From the human T2T-CHM13v2.0 reference genome, Homo sapiens, in NCBI RefSeq assembly GCF_009914755.1, contig NC_060925.1: 64,000 nt of DNA. One strand, written 5' to 3'. Shown piece after piece: positions 1 through 12,889 of this stretch; positions within the stretch are counted from its first letter, which is position 1, and the number at the start of each line of letters is the position of its first letter. Below the pieces are notes generated by a model. The model saw nothing but the letters and a program-made list of their open reading frames with translations, was not told where the DNA came from and did not search any database. A program made the translations under genes and the position numbers.

Positions 1-269
1 TTTTCAAAAGAAAGGTGGTGAAGGTTTTCTCTTGGCATTTATTTATATATGTATTAATCTTACATATAGATAGAAAGGAGAATCATTTCATCCATTCAAG
101 AGCCATGAACTATATGAATGTCATTTCAACAATAAAGCAAAAACTACAGACTGTCTAAGGAAAACTCCGTTTTATTATTTGGTTTGTTACTTACCAAAAC
201 ATACAATTTAAGACCTGAAAATATCTAGAATACATAGAGTATTATGGTCAATCAATACAAAAGTGACAA

Positions 270-1330
<1,061 letters not shown>

Positions 1331-2519
1331 TAAAACTATGAGGGCCTAGAAGATGTTGGTTTGGACTCAGTCTGCAAACTCTGACCATAGCCTACAGAAA
1401 TGTTGGCAATACATGAAAAATTATGTCTTAACTACAATTTTACTAATGCTGCATTAATAAGCAGAAGAGTTTGTATATAGATAAGGAAATGACTGACAAA
1501 CTGAGAAGAGAAAGAAAATACTTACTAGGACTAGGTTATTAAATAATCATATAGGTAGCTGATAGGATTAATACCATTTAATAATTTTCTATCTGTTTAC
1601 CATCCTAAAAATTAATCCAAAGAAGTCTTGTGTTCAGTCACAAAATGTAAATTTTACTGTGGCCTAAAGGTAATCTATGTGCCTGTTAAACATCAAATAC
1701 ATGAGTTCATGTATTTTTATCCTTGGATTGGTCAATGACTTAGCAATCAATGACAGATAGTAATCTGGCACTATTTTAAAATACTCGTGTATGCAGTCTA
1801 TGGACTATTCTATCATTTAATCTATTTATGATAGCAAGTTTCACTTATGCACATCCAAAAATTTTGAGGACATTTAAATTGATTTCTTTGGATATTAATG
1901 AGAATGGAAAATAACCAGTCAACATTGTTCTCTAGGCTGTACTTTATATTATTGACATTTAAATAATTATTTGACCTTTTGTGTGATAAACATCTTTCTC
2001 CTGATATCAGCTTTGACTTTTTTCGTGTGGGTTTTAGTTTTCATGATTTAAGTTGTCTTTGTGGCATTAAAAAACCACAGAAGTAGATTTGTTAAGGATG
2101 TAACCAAAAAGAGCTAGAAGGAACTTTAGAAATAATTTTACGTCGTCTGCTGGTTTCATCTTGAAGAATTTGGGGCATGAAAGGTTAGATAACCTAACAA
2201 GAATTAGTCCTTTTAATGGTAGAATCAAGCCTTATTTGGGCCTTCTGAGTTTCAGTTCATCGTTTCTACTGTATCCCCTCTTCCTTAATATGATGATTCA
2301 TTGTAACACAAATATACAATTTAATTAGTAGAAAGCTGATTTTAACTCTTACGGGTACGTACTTATACTACTTTCAGTAACTTGTTCCTAAGAAAACTGT
2401 AATACCTCGATGAGTCATATTTAGCTTATTTTCTCCATTATATGTCCTCTGTCACAAGATGCCATTTCGTGGGCTGTATTTCAGCTTGTATTTTCTTTTC
2501 TACGTAAAAGCTCTAGGAT

Positions 2520-2715
2520 GATAATGTCATTACCACTTTTTACATGCACCTGGTGTATCAGAGACTCTGCTAAGGCATTGCACATACGTTTTTTCACTTG
2601 CTCTTTACATCATGAGGAAGAATCTAAACTTTAGAGAGTGTAGGTGATTTACTCCAGATCACATAGCTGCTGAGTAGCAGAACCAGGATTCTAATCCAGT
2701 TCCTTCTAACTACAG
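2520..2715 (-). mobile_element. MIR fragment
   Basis: gtgatttactccagatcacatagctgctgagtagcagaaccaggattctaatccag resembles the reverse-complement MIR core. Confidence 0.65.
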
Positions 2716-3292
2716 CATGACAAATTGTGCTTAGCATGAACTAAGCACTTTGCTCAGTTGTGAATTCACAGATGTTCTTAAACTGAAAAGGAACAAGGAA
2801 TGCTAGTCTAGATTTTTATAGTATGAGATAGTCACATTATTGTACATTATTGTAAAAAGTAGAATTTTTACAATAATTCTGTAATTGCTTTTGTAATATG
2901 TTCAGTATGATTTTACTTCTACATATATTCATTGGCTTATCTACTTTTTGAAATTTGTCATTTATTTATCAAGCTAACTTGAGTTTTGTTTTTGTTTTTC
3001 ATATTTGTTAGCATTCTGTGAAACTTCAGGGCTCCTGAAATATTCAGTGCTTTGACCCTTAGAGTCTGTTCCATTCCTTATGATATTTATGTAGATCCTG
3101 AAAATTATGGCTCTCAGGCCTAAACCCAGTTTATTGTGACTTTACATATATGTAAGTTAATCTGGGCTATTAATAGATGCCTTTCAAGTATGAGCCTTCG
3201 GTTTGCTGTACTTAATATTTTTTTAAAGTATACAATAACAACATTGTGCAATAAAGTTTGCATAATATTATCAGAGGCATTCGAGCCAGAGC

Positions 3293-3483
3293 GACTCCAT
3301 TTTGAGTGAGGGCTAGGAAAATGAGGCCGGGACTTGCTGAAACTCCATCTTGAGTGAGGGCTAGGAAAATGAGGCCGGGACTTGCTGAGACTCCATCTTG
3401 ACTGAGGGCTAGGAAAATGAGGCCGGGACTTGCTGAGACTCCATCTTGAGTGAGGGCTAGGAAAATGAGGCTGGAACTTGCTG
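3293..3483 (+). repeat. Tandem repeat, 4 x 48 bp, inside the LTR
   Basis: Unit gactccatcttgagtgagggctaggaaaatgaggccgggacttgctga; actccat recurs at 3294, 3342, 3390 and 3438. Confidence 0.95.
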
Positions 3484-3911
3484 CGCTGCATTCTCATAAA
3501 GTCAGGCATTCCTACCCTCTAGATGTTTATTATGGTTAAGGGAAAAAATTAATAATGTTTAAACAGACCCAGACTTAGGAGTGTCCAGATATCCTGATAT
3601 CTAGAGAATAATGGCATTCCTAATTTTGCTTTAAAGATAATAATATCGATTCTTGCAAACTATAGTAATTAAGAAAATTAATCCTTTATCACAAACCATT
3701 GGAGCAGAACACATCTCCCCATATATACAAGCATTGTACCTAGGGTGGACGTGTTCCTCCTCTTACTTTCAGGAACGTCCTACTCTGTCTATGAAGTAGC
3801 TGCCCTTTCACCACTGTACATTCTTAATAAACTTGCTTTTGCTTTGCACTGCACACTCACCTTGAATTATTTCTTGCATGAGATCTAAGAATCCTCCCTT
3901 GGATCTGGATT

Positions 3912-5596
3912 TGTGTCTGGAATTGGTGGATTCTTGGTCTCAATGACTTCAAGAATGAAGCCGCGGACCCTTGCGGTGAGTGTTACAGTTCTTAAAGGTG
4001 GTGTGTCCAGAGTTTGTTCTTTCTGATGTTCGGATGTGTTTGGAGTTTATTCCTTCTGGTGGATTCCTGGTCTCGCTGGCCTCATGAATAAAGCTGAGGA
4101 CCTTAGCGGTGAGTGTTACAGCTCATAAAGGCAGTGCAGACCCAAAGAGTGAGCAGCAGCAAGATTTACTGCAAGGCGCGAAAGAACAAAGCTTCTACAC
4201 TGTGGAAAGGGACCTGAGCAGGTTGCCTCTGCTGGCTTGGGCAGCCTGCTTTTATTCCCTTATCTGGCCCCACCCACATCCTGCTGATTGGTCCATTTTA
4301 CAGAGAGCTGATTGGTCTGTCTTACAGAGAGCTGATTGGTCCATTTTGACAGGGTGCTGATTGGTGCGTTTAGAATCCCTGAGTTAGACACAAAAGTTCT
4401 CCAAGTCCCCACTAGATTAGCTAGACACAGAGCACTGATTGGTGCATTTACAAACCTTGAGCTAGACACAGGGTGCTGATTGGTGTGTTTACAAACCTTG
4501 AGCTAGACACAGAGTGCTGATTGGTGTATTTACAATCCCTTAGCTAGACATAAAAGTTCTCCAAGTCCCCACTAGATTAGCTAGAGACAGAGCACTGATT
4601 GGTGCATTTACAAACCTTGAGCTAGACACAGGGTGCTGATTGGTGTGTTTACAAACCTTGAGCTAGACACAGAGTGCTGATTGGTGTATTTACAATCCCT
4701 TAGCTAGACATAAAGGTTCTCCAAGTCCCCACTAGATTAGCTAGACACAGAGCACTGATTGGTGCATTTACAAACCTTGAACTAGACACAGAGTGCTGAT
4801 TGGTGTATTTACAATCCCTTAGCTAGACATAAAGGTTCTCCAAGTCCCCACTAGATTAGCTAGATACGGAGCACTGATAGGTGCATTTACAAACCTTGAG
4901 CTAGACACAGGGTGCTGATTGGTGTGTAAGCAATCCTCCAGCTAGACATAAAAGTTCTCCAATTCCCCACTAGACTCAGGAGCCCAGCTGGCTTCACCTA
5001 CTGGATCCCACACAAGGGCCGCAGGCGGAGCTGCCACCAGTCCCGCACTGTGTGCCCACACTCCTCAGCCCTTGGGCGGTCGATGGGACCAGGCGCCATG
5101 GAGCAGGGGGCGGCGCTCGTCGGGGAGGCTCGGGCGCGCAGGAGCCCATGGCTGGGGGGAGGCTCGGGCATGGCAGGCTGCAGGTCCCGAGCCCTGCCCT
5201 GCGGGGAGGCAGCTGAGGCCCGGCGAGAATTTGAGCACAGCACCGGTGGGCTGGCACTGCTGGGGGACCTGGTGCACCCTCCGCAGCTGCTGCCCCAGGT
5301 GCTAAGCCCCTCACTGCCCGGGGCCGGCAGTGCCAGCCAGCCACTCCGAGTGCGGGACCCGCCGAGCCCACGCTCACCAGCACAAGCGCCACGCGCAGCT
5401 CCGGTTCCTGCCCACACCTCTCCCTCCACACCTCCCCGCAAGCAGAGGGAGCCAGCTCCAGCCTCGGCCAGCACAGAGAAGGGCTCCCACAGTGCAGCGG
5501 CAGGATGAAACGCTCCTAAAGCATGGCCAGAGTGGGCGCCGAGGCCGAGGAGGTGCTGAGAGTGAGCGAGGGCTGCCAGCACGCTGTCACCTCTCA
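3912..5596 (-). mobile_element. LTR12 (LTR12C-like, ERV9/HERV9) solo LTR, 1685 bp
   Basis: On the minus strand starts tgagaggtgacagcgtgctggcagccctc and ends ccaccaattccagacaca. GC/CpG-rich 5' part and CCAAT tandem array. TSD gatt at 3908-3911 and 5597-5600. Confidence 0.93.
4284..4975 (-). promoter_or_regulatory. LTR12 U3 enhancer/promoter array with about 13 CCAAT (NF-Y) boxes
   Basis: Repeated ctgattggt in roughly 40-bp subunits with a 160-bp higher-order period (ccaagtccccactagattag at 4401, 4561, 4721). TATA-like AATAAAAG on the minus strand near 4250. Confidence 0.75.
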
Positions 5597-5730
5597 GATT
5601 GGGACCGCTTTTCTGTAACAATATCATTATTGTGCTATTTAGGAGAATGGATGACTACTGTAGGTATTATACTAATGGTATCTACTGCTTTTGTAGATTC
5701 AAAGCAATTCAGTGGGTTGTGGGAATATAA

Positions 5731-6177
5731 TGTGAAAGGAAAATAAAAACTTGGGTCCCCAATTCACTCTGCCAAAAAGAAAAAATTAAACTACAAGCTG
5801 AGTCATGCAAGAAGCTGCCTTTCCTTTTGTACCTAAGCAGATAGCTACAGATAAAAGGTTAAATATCTCCACAGGTAGCTACTTTATGTTCACCTGTCTT
5901 AGGTAAACAGCTGATTTACCTGTGAACATGTAATTGACTATTATCCTACTTGATCCTTTTCTTTTGCAACTTGTGGATTACCATACCCTACCTCTTTCCC
6001 CTCCAGCCCACTTTACCCCTTTAAATATTGAAGCCCTTGAATTCAACTTTGGAGAAAGACACACACCACAGACTGTTTCTGTGATTCTGTGTCATTTTCT
6101 TCTGGGTGTGTCTTTAACCTTGGCAAAATAAACTTCTAAATTGATTGAGTCCTGTCTCAGATACTTTTTGGTTTACA
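5731..6177 (+). mobile_element. MER4-family solo LTR (MER4A-like)
   Basis: tgtgaaaggaaaataaaaacttggg ... aataaacttctaaattgattgag ... ttttggtttaca. TSD ataa on both sides. Confidence 0.85.
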
Positions 6178-6911
6178 ATAATGTAATATCTCTTTATATA
6201 TTATTTTTATCCAAAATAGGTAAGAAAGAAACAAAATTTCATTAATATTTACTACACAGTTTGACTCTCTTTCCCTCAGTTGGTCTGAATGACATTTGGT
6301 TACACATCACCATAATTTGTTGTCTAAGTAACACAAGATATTTTGTTAGTAGAAGTTTCACAATTAGGGTTTCCTTGATTTGAGCATATCGTGACAAAAT
6401 ATCAATTTAGTAGGTATCTATCCTATATAAACTTCCCGATGAAGTTACTAGATGGTGAGTGTTTAAAACAATAACAGGCAGAGTAGGCACTAATTGAGTG
6501 TCAGCATTATCATTATTGATTATATTATTATTAAGTATTCTGGTTCTATCTGAATTCACTCAAAAAATAGTTGGCTTTAAGAGTTTCTGCAGAGATACAC
6601 AAGTTGAAAATTATACTGGTTATGTAAACACAAATGGGGAAAATCTAAACATAAAAGCTGATATTTCTCCATTTTCTAACACAAATACTTTGCCAGCTAC
6701 ACTATGAGCTCAAAAACATTCAAGTCTATCAGGAAGGTATATATGAATTTACATTATTGTTAATTACAAATCTTATCTTATGGGGTCTATTGTGCCTTCA
6801 GATATAAACTGATGACAGTGTGAAGTCATTACAGTGAGACATTTAAAACCTAAACATTTAGAACATGAAGTTTGAGTATGATATGACATGCAATGACCTG
6901 AGAAAAAATCC

Positions 6912-7208
6912 TTTTTTTTTTTTTTTGATACTGGATCTCACTCTGTGACCCAGGCTGGTGTGCAGTGGCAAGATCTTGGCTCAGGGCAACCTCTGCCTCC
7001 TGGGCTCCAGTGATCCTTCCACTTCAGCCTCCTGAGTAGCTGGGACTATAGGTGTGTGCCACCACAACCAGCTAATTTTTTTTTTTAAGTAGAGTTGGGA
7101 TTTCACCATGTTGCCCAGTCTAGTCTGGAACTCCTGGGGTGAAGTAACCCACCTGCCTCTGCTTCCCAAAGTGTTGGGATTACAGGCGCGAACCACCATT
7201 GTCGGGAC
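6912..7208 (-). mobile_element. Alu (old, J-like)
   Basis: Poly-T and dimeric Alu body, flanked by an aaaaaatc duplication. Confidence 0.9.
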
Positions 7209-7299
7209 TGAAAAAATCTTTAGAACTGTCTTTTGTGTCTTCCTTAATAGTGGAAGATAAAAAGTCATAGTCATTTGGGAAAACACTTACTCTTATCAT

Positions 7300-8650
7300 A
7301 GAAGTGGCTGAAATAATACTGAGAAACCATATTATCACATGCTATATTGCAGTTCTATGTCAGTAAATATTCTTAAAAAACATGTGGACAACATTGCTGA
7401 ATATGTGAAAGAAGTATTAGGAAAATTACTCGGTACTGGGAGATGGACTATAGAATTGCACTGATTCTGTTTCAAGAATGAAAATCTTGAAGAGCTACTT
7501 TTTATGAGGCTCTGAAGGAAACATAGAGACAATAGATTGTCAGGAGTGAGCAAATTCTTTGGTAAAAGCAAGGATTTGGGGGAGGTGGTTATGAAGGGTG
7601 TTCATAAAGAGAAATAGGTAAATATAACCACTAATAGAGTTGGCTGCTTGACTGGAAATAAAATAACAATCCCCAGGTAAGTTCACAAAACTAGCTCCTT
7701 CCGTGGAATTCATTATTTCATAGGCAAGCTGTTGCCGCAGAGATGTTAGAACCTGAATATAAAATCTGAATAGTATTTTATAATGAGATGTGCAATGACT
7801 TTACTGTGGACTGTCTTCTTGTAATCTTGTGGCCATGTACTTCAAATGATGAATTTTACAAAAAGTTAAGTGTCCCGCACTTGCAGTAATAATCTGGAGC
7901 TTTTTATAGCGTACTCCCTTGGAGATATTTCCAGGGCGAAGATGACATTTTTAACAATGAAAAACTACCTGCTTTCTGGTAACCTTACCTTGGAGAGAAT
8001 ATTTTGAAATGAATGTTTGGATATGTTTTCTCATTATACAAATATGTCACTGAAAATGATGTAAACACATCATGTATAAAATCTGTGACATAGGGAGACT
8101 ATAAACTTAAAAGCAGAATTTCCTAATCAAATAAAGAGCTTAGATGAGATTTGAAATATTTATTAGAAATATGAAAGTGAAATGTCATGTGGTTAGTTTG
8201 TAAGAACTTAGTGACCATAGGGAAAATTGGAATTTACTATTGCTACCTGAATTGCAACAAAATCTTTTTGTAATTGGTGGATTAAAATGAAAAATAAGAG
8301 TCATTTTCCATTTGTGTCTATACATTTTTGTAATCTTTCTTTTTCGGCCTTTGAAGACCATTAAAACAAAACACCAAGATAGACTGAACTTGAAGCCAGT
8401 CCTTTATATTATTGACTCACAAAGTTTTAATACAAGATATTTAATATAAGATATGAAGCATATTCAGTTGCATAGCATTCATAACTCAAGCAAAATATTA
8501 TCTGTTCTATTAAAATATAAAATGTAGACATTTTTTCTTATTTTTAATTTTAATTTTTAAATAAGATATGTAAGTATTGAAGTACAGATATAGTTAAAAT
8601 AATTTTATTAATATGCTCCTTTTTGCAAATGTGTGTTCAAATATTTGCTT
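7300..8650 (+). mobile_element. Decayed hAT/Charlie-type DNA transposon
   Basis: About 8360-8480 translates IKTKHQDRLNLKP...MKHIQLHSIH with an internal stop, resembling a hAT transposase C-terminal dimerisation region. Boundaries uncertain. Confidence 0.55.
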
Positions 8651-8658
8651 ATGGAGTA

Positions 8659-9147
8659 TGTCGTAGGCTGAATTATCCTCAAAGATATCCAGTTTCGAAT
8701 TCAGGGAACCTATGAATGTTGCCTTATATGACAAAAGGGACTTGGTGATTAAGTTAAGGATTTTGGGGAGATTTTCCTTGATTATCTGGGTGAGCTCTAA
8801 ATGTAATCACAAGTGTGCTTATAAGGGGGAAGCAGAGTGAGATTTGACTGCAGAAGAGGAGAAGGAGATGTAATGGCTGAAGTAAAGGTTGGAGTGATGC
8901 ACTTTAAAGATGGAGGAAGGGACCACAAGCCAAGGAATGTAGAAAGCCTTTAGAAGCTGAAAACAGTGAGGAAACAGATTCTCCCTGGCGAGCTTCCAGA
9001 AAGAATCAATCTTGATCATATTTTTACTTTAGCCTAATTACACTAATTTCAGACTTCTAATGTCTAGAACTGTTAGAGAAAAAAATTATGTTGTTTTAAG
9101 CCACTGTTCATGGTAACTTGTTACAGCAATGTTGGGAAAATAATACT
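8659..9147 (+). mobile_element. MaLR LTR (MLT1C/D-like)
   Basis: aatgttgccttatatgacaaaagggac, aaatgtaatcacaag, ccacaagccaaggaatg, ending tgttgttttaagccac...ttgttacagcaatg...aataatac. Confidence 0.85.
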
Positions 9148-9357
9148 AGGTATGTAGGAAAAGAAATTTGAAGACCATTATCTCTACTTTAGTTTCTAAC
9201 TTAATGAAAATGCTTTTGCTAGGGGTTACTGAAAGTAACCTTAGATGTTTTATAGCATCCTGTTTTTTATTTATTGACTTATTTATTTACTCACTCACTC
9301 ACTTGCTGGCTGGCTGTCATTTTGCTGATTTCCATGAGTTTCTGGACCAGATCCTAG

Positions 9358-9832
<475 letters not shown>

Positions 9833-12800
9833 TAGGCAGCCTTGAAAATAAAACTTAAGAAGAAGCTCTCTTTTAAAATATATTTATAGCTAAAGGTTTA
9901 AAATAACATGGGTTAAAAAGTGGTACTAGCCTTCCAGGTGCTCAGGTTGCTAATCTGAATTTGTATATGCTATGACAAAGAAATGGTTCATTTTATTGAG
10001 CACATATCAATTGAACATGAGCTATTTAAGGTGGTTAGTATTACAGGTGCATCGTAAATTGAAGAAGGTTGAGCAGTTAAATGCTTGAAGATGAGAATGT
10101 TCTTTTGAGGAGAGATGAAGGCTTTCCTGAAGTCCGTGATATATTATATTGCTTGCTCCTCACTTGTCTTTGTGTCCTAGTGCTCTGTCTTAAAGATATT
10201 TAATTTGGTTTCTTCAAGAAATGAGATTGGTTTAACAAAAATGCACTTCAGCAGGCACCAGACATTTACCAGATTCATTCTTGAACCACTATTGCCATAA
10301 ATTGTGGCACAATGAAATTAACATAAACTGGGATTAGCTTGGAGAAAAGAGAAGGCTGATTATTTTAATGATGGATTATACTATTAATATTAAATCTCTT
10401 TATGAGAATCAAAACTAACAGAAACCATTAGGTTCTATTATGGTATTTGCCAAAAAAATAAAATTTAGAAGTATGTAATTTTTTCACCAAAGAATTTGAC
10501 TCCTGTAAAGATCCAGTGGATCTTTCCGGTTAGTAACCTACATGTGAATGAATAAGATGAGTACATGTGTGTTTTCTTTCTCCTCTTTGTCCTTTGTCGA
10601 ATTTCTAAGCCATCCCTTAACTCCAAGCTTCTACCTGTATGTGAACGAATTGGGTGTATATTTCCTACAAGGCTGCACTCTGAAATAATGCAGATAAATT
10701 CTGTGCAAGATAGTTTTAACATTTTAATGTTTGAGTCTGAAGATACTATGTTTTTTTTCAAAACCAGCATAAACCAAAATTTTTAGACCATCATCAAGTT
10801 TTTACATTATTTTAACAATCTACTCTTGAAAAATCATATCTACATTATTTAAATATATAAGTTATTATTTTTAAATAATTCAGTTTAAAAGTATTTCTTA
10901 GGGCTTATTTACAAATATTTTTTGGTGGTCCATTTGCAATGAGATGATAAGTGTTGTCCTTTCACAAAAATTAGGTTTTTCTGTAATATACTTTGAACAG
11001 GAAACACATGCAACAATGAAGAATATTTAACAAAATCCATAGTGAATAGGTCCTGTGGAGGATCACAAAGCCCCAGTAGCTTATAAAGTCAGGTGGAAAA
11101 TATGTTGTCCATAAATATGTGTAATACAAGGCAGTTTGAGTCATCAAGAAGTGTTTCATGGATGAGTCCATATCTGAGCTTGGAGCTGAGGGATGGTAGA
11201 AATTGGACAAAGGACAAATGGGAGAAATGAAAATGTGTTTGTGAAAAGCAGAGTTATCTAGTGTAGTTTAATAGTAACCATTATGTCCAAACTTTATACC
11301 AAAAATTTAAGATACCAGATAGGGAGTTTGGACTTAAATTTTTAAACAGTGGGATTTTTTTTCTTCTATTAAATCTCTGACAGGTCTAACGTGATCTTGA
11401 GGGAAGTCTAATTTGGTGGTAATAAGTAGAAGGGACTGGAGATGAAGAGATGGGGGCAGGGGGATCAGGTTAGAGAGATGACATCTAGGAAATTAGAGAA
11501 GACAATCAGGTGTGGCGATTAGGAACATTACCAAGTAAAATAAAAACAACTAATTTTAGAAATTACATTGAGAAACTGAATTTAAAGTTCCCTTTTATGT
11601 CAGAGTTTAAAGAGTTTTTGCTTGATTTCCAGTATCAGATATGGGTATTACAGCTTCTTCTTTAGGACATTGATGCTTTAATTAAAAATATATATGAATA
11701 TATTAATGACACCTTACAGCATTTCTTGGCTTTCAGATACTTTTATACTTCCATTTGCAGTAGTTTCTTAAATTGTCATTCTACATCTGTTATTGTTACG
11801 ATACAGAAAACTCAATCCTTTATAGCACTTTTGAAATAGATTCTTCCCCTTCTACTAAAATTGTTTCCTTAAATATCTCTGGTGATATCTTAGTTTCAGA
11901 CCCAAAGGCTCTGACTTCCTCACCCTATTTGACCCACATACTGTGATGTGTTTGCTCTCGACAGATGTATTATCTTCCTGCTCAAATTTGTTTCTCCTCC
12001 TGTGTTCCTTACGTCAGCTGATGGCAGCACCATCTGTGCGTTGTTTCAGGTTTAAAACTATGGATCAATCTCCAGTTCCTCCTTTACCCTCAGTGTCCAG
12101 TTAGTTTTCAAATCCATTTTTCCCTTCCCTTGAATACTCTACATCACATTTCATTTTTTCCCTAGTTTAGGTTCTTCTTAGCTGTATTTTATTTTTTAAA
12201 GATGTTCATTTTACTTGCTTCTTTCCTGGGACTATTATTATAAGAGACAGAGGTCTGATCATCTTGTTCCTATTTTTTATGGACCTGGTATAGTCTGTGT
12301 GGACTTCCTGGATGACCAACAACCACAAACCAATTCACTGTGCCAGAGAGAAACTGCAGCCCCAGCTTAGAGTGAAGGGGGTTCGTGTGGGTCACAGAAG
12401 GACTGGTAGGCATTTTCTAAATTTAGATCATTTCCATGACTATTGGAAAGAACCCTACCTCCCCACCTCCACAAAAGGCTGATGATTGTGCTTCAAAGTA
12501 AATGGAAGTGGACCGAGGAGTATTTATTTATTTCCTGAGCTGAAATCAGTGTTGTCCATCTCATTTAAAATGCAAAACTTCCAATTCAAAGAAACAGTGT
12601 ATATATAGGCAAAAAGCAAAGAATGTTTTGCATTGTTTGACTAGCTAGTCAAAGCAAAACCGAATAACTCTACCTCAGAAGTGTCTTCACTTAATGGTAA
12701 GATCTGTTCAAAGGCACGTCAACATGGTCAAAATTAGTTATATAGTTCTTCTGAGTTTTAGCCAAGGACTTTAACCATCCTGATGGGGAAATGATACAAA

Positions 12801-12889
12801 AGTTTAAACATAGTTGCAGATATTCAATGTCTTGATTATTTAAAGAAGACATAATTTATTTTCTTACTGATGCTATTATGAGTGTTCTT

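Larger units (their letters stand above)
3269..5620 (+). mobile_element. ERV1 solo LTR (LTR15/MER41-like), split into 3269-3911 and 5601-5620 by a nested LTR12
   Basis: Starts t(a)tcagaggcattcgagccagagcgactccat, has aataaa near 3826, ends gggaccgcttttctgtaaca. 4-bp TSD atat at 3265-3268 and 5621-5624. Confidence 0.8.

Noticed and set aside
3120-3509. 129-aa ORF with SRPHFPSPHSRWS repeats
   Set aside because: It is the antisense translation of the 48-bp tandem repeat in an LTR; no independent evidence of coding.
3293-4975. Regular repeats that superficially resemble a CRISPR array
   Set aside because: These are tandem units without unique spacers inside primate LTRs; no cas genes, and the DNA is eukaryotic.
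4994-5746. Overlapping ORFs of up to 209 aa on both strands
   Set aside because: They lie in or start in the GC-rich part of LTR12, where stop codons are rare; no recognisable protein.
7672-7683. Perfect CAG|GTAAGT donor in intron 2
   Set aside because: Inside a decayed transposon, with no clear upstream acceptor or pyrimidine tract; expected by chance in 64 kb.
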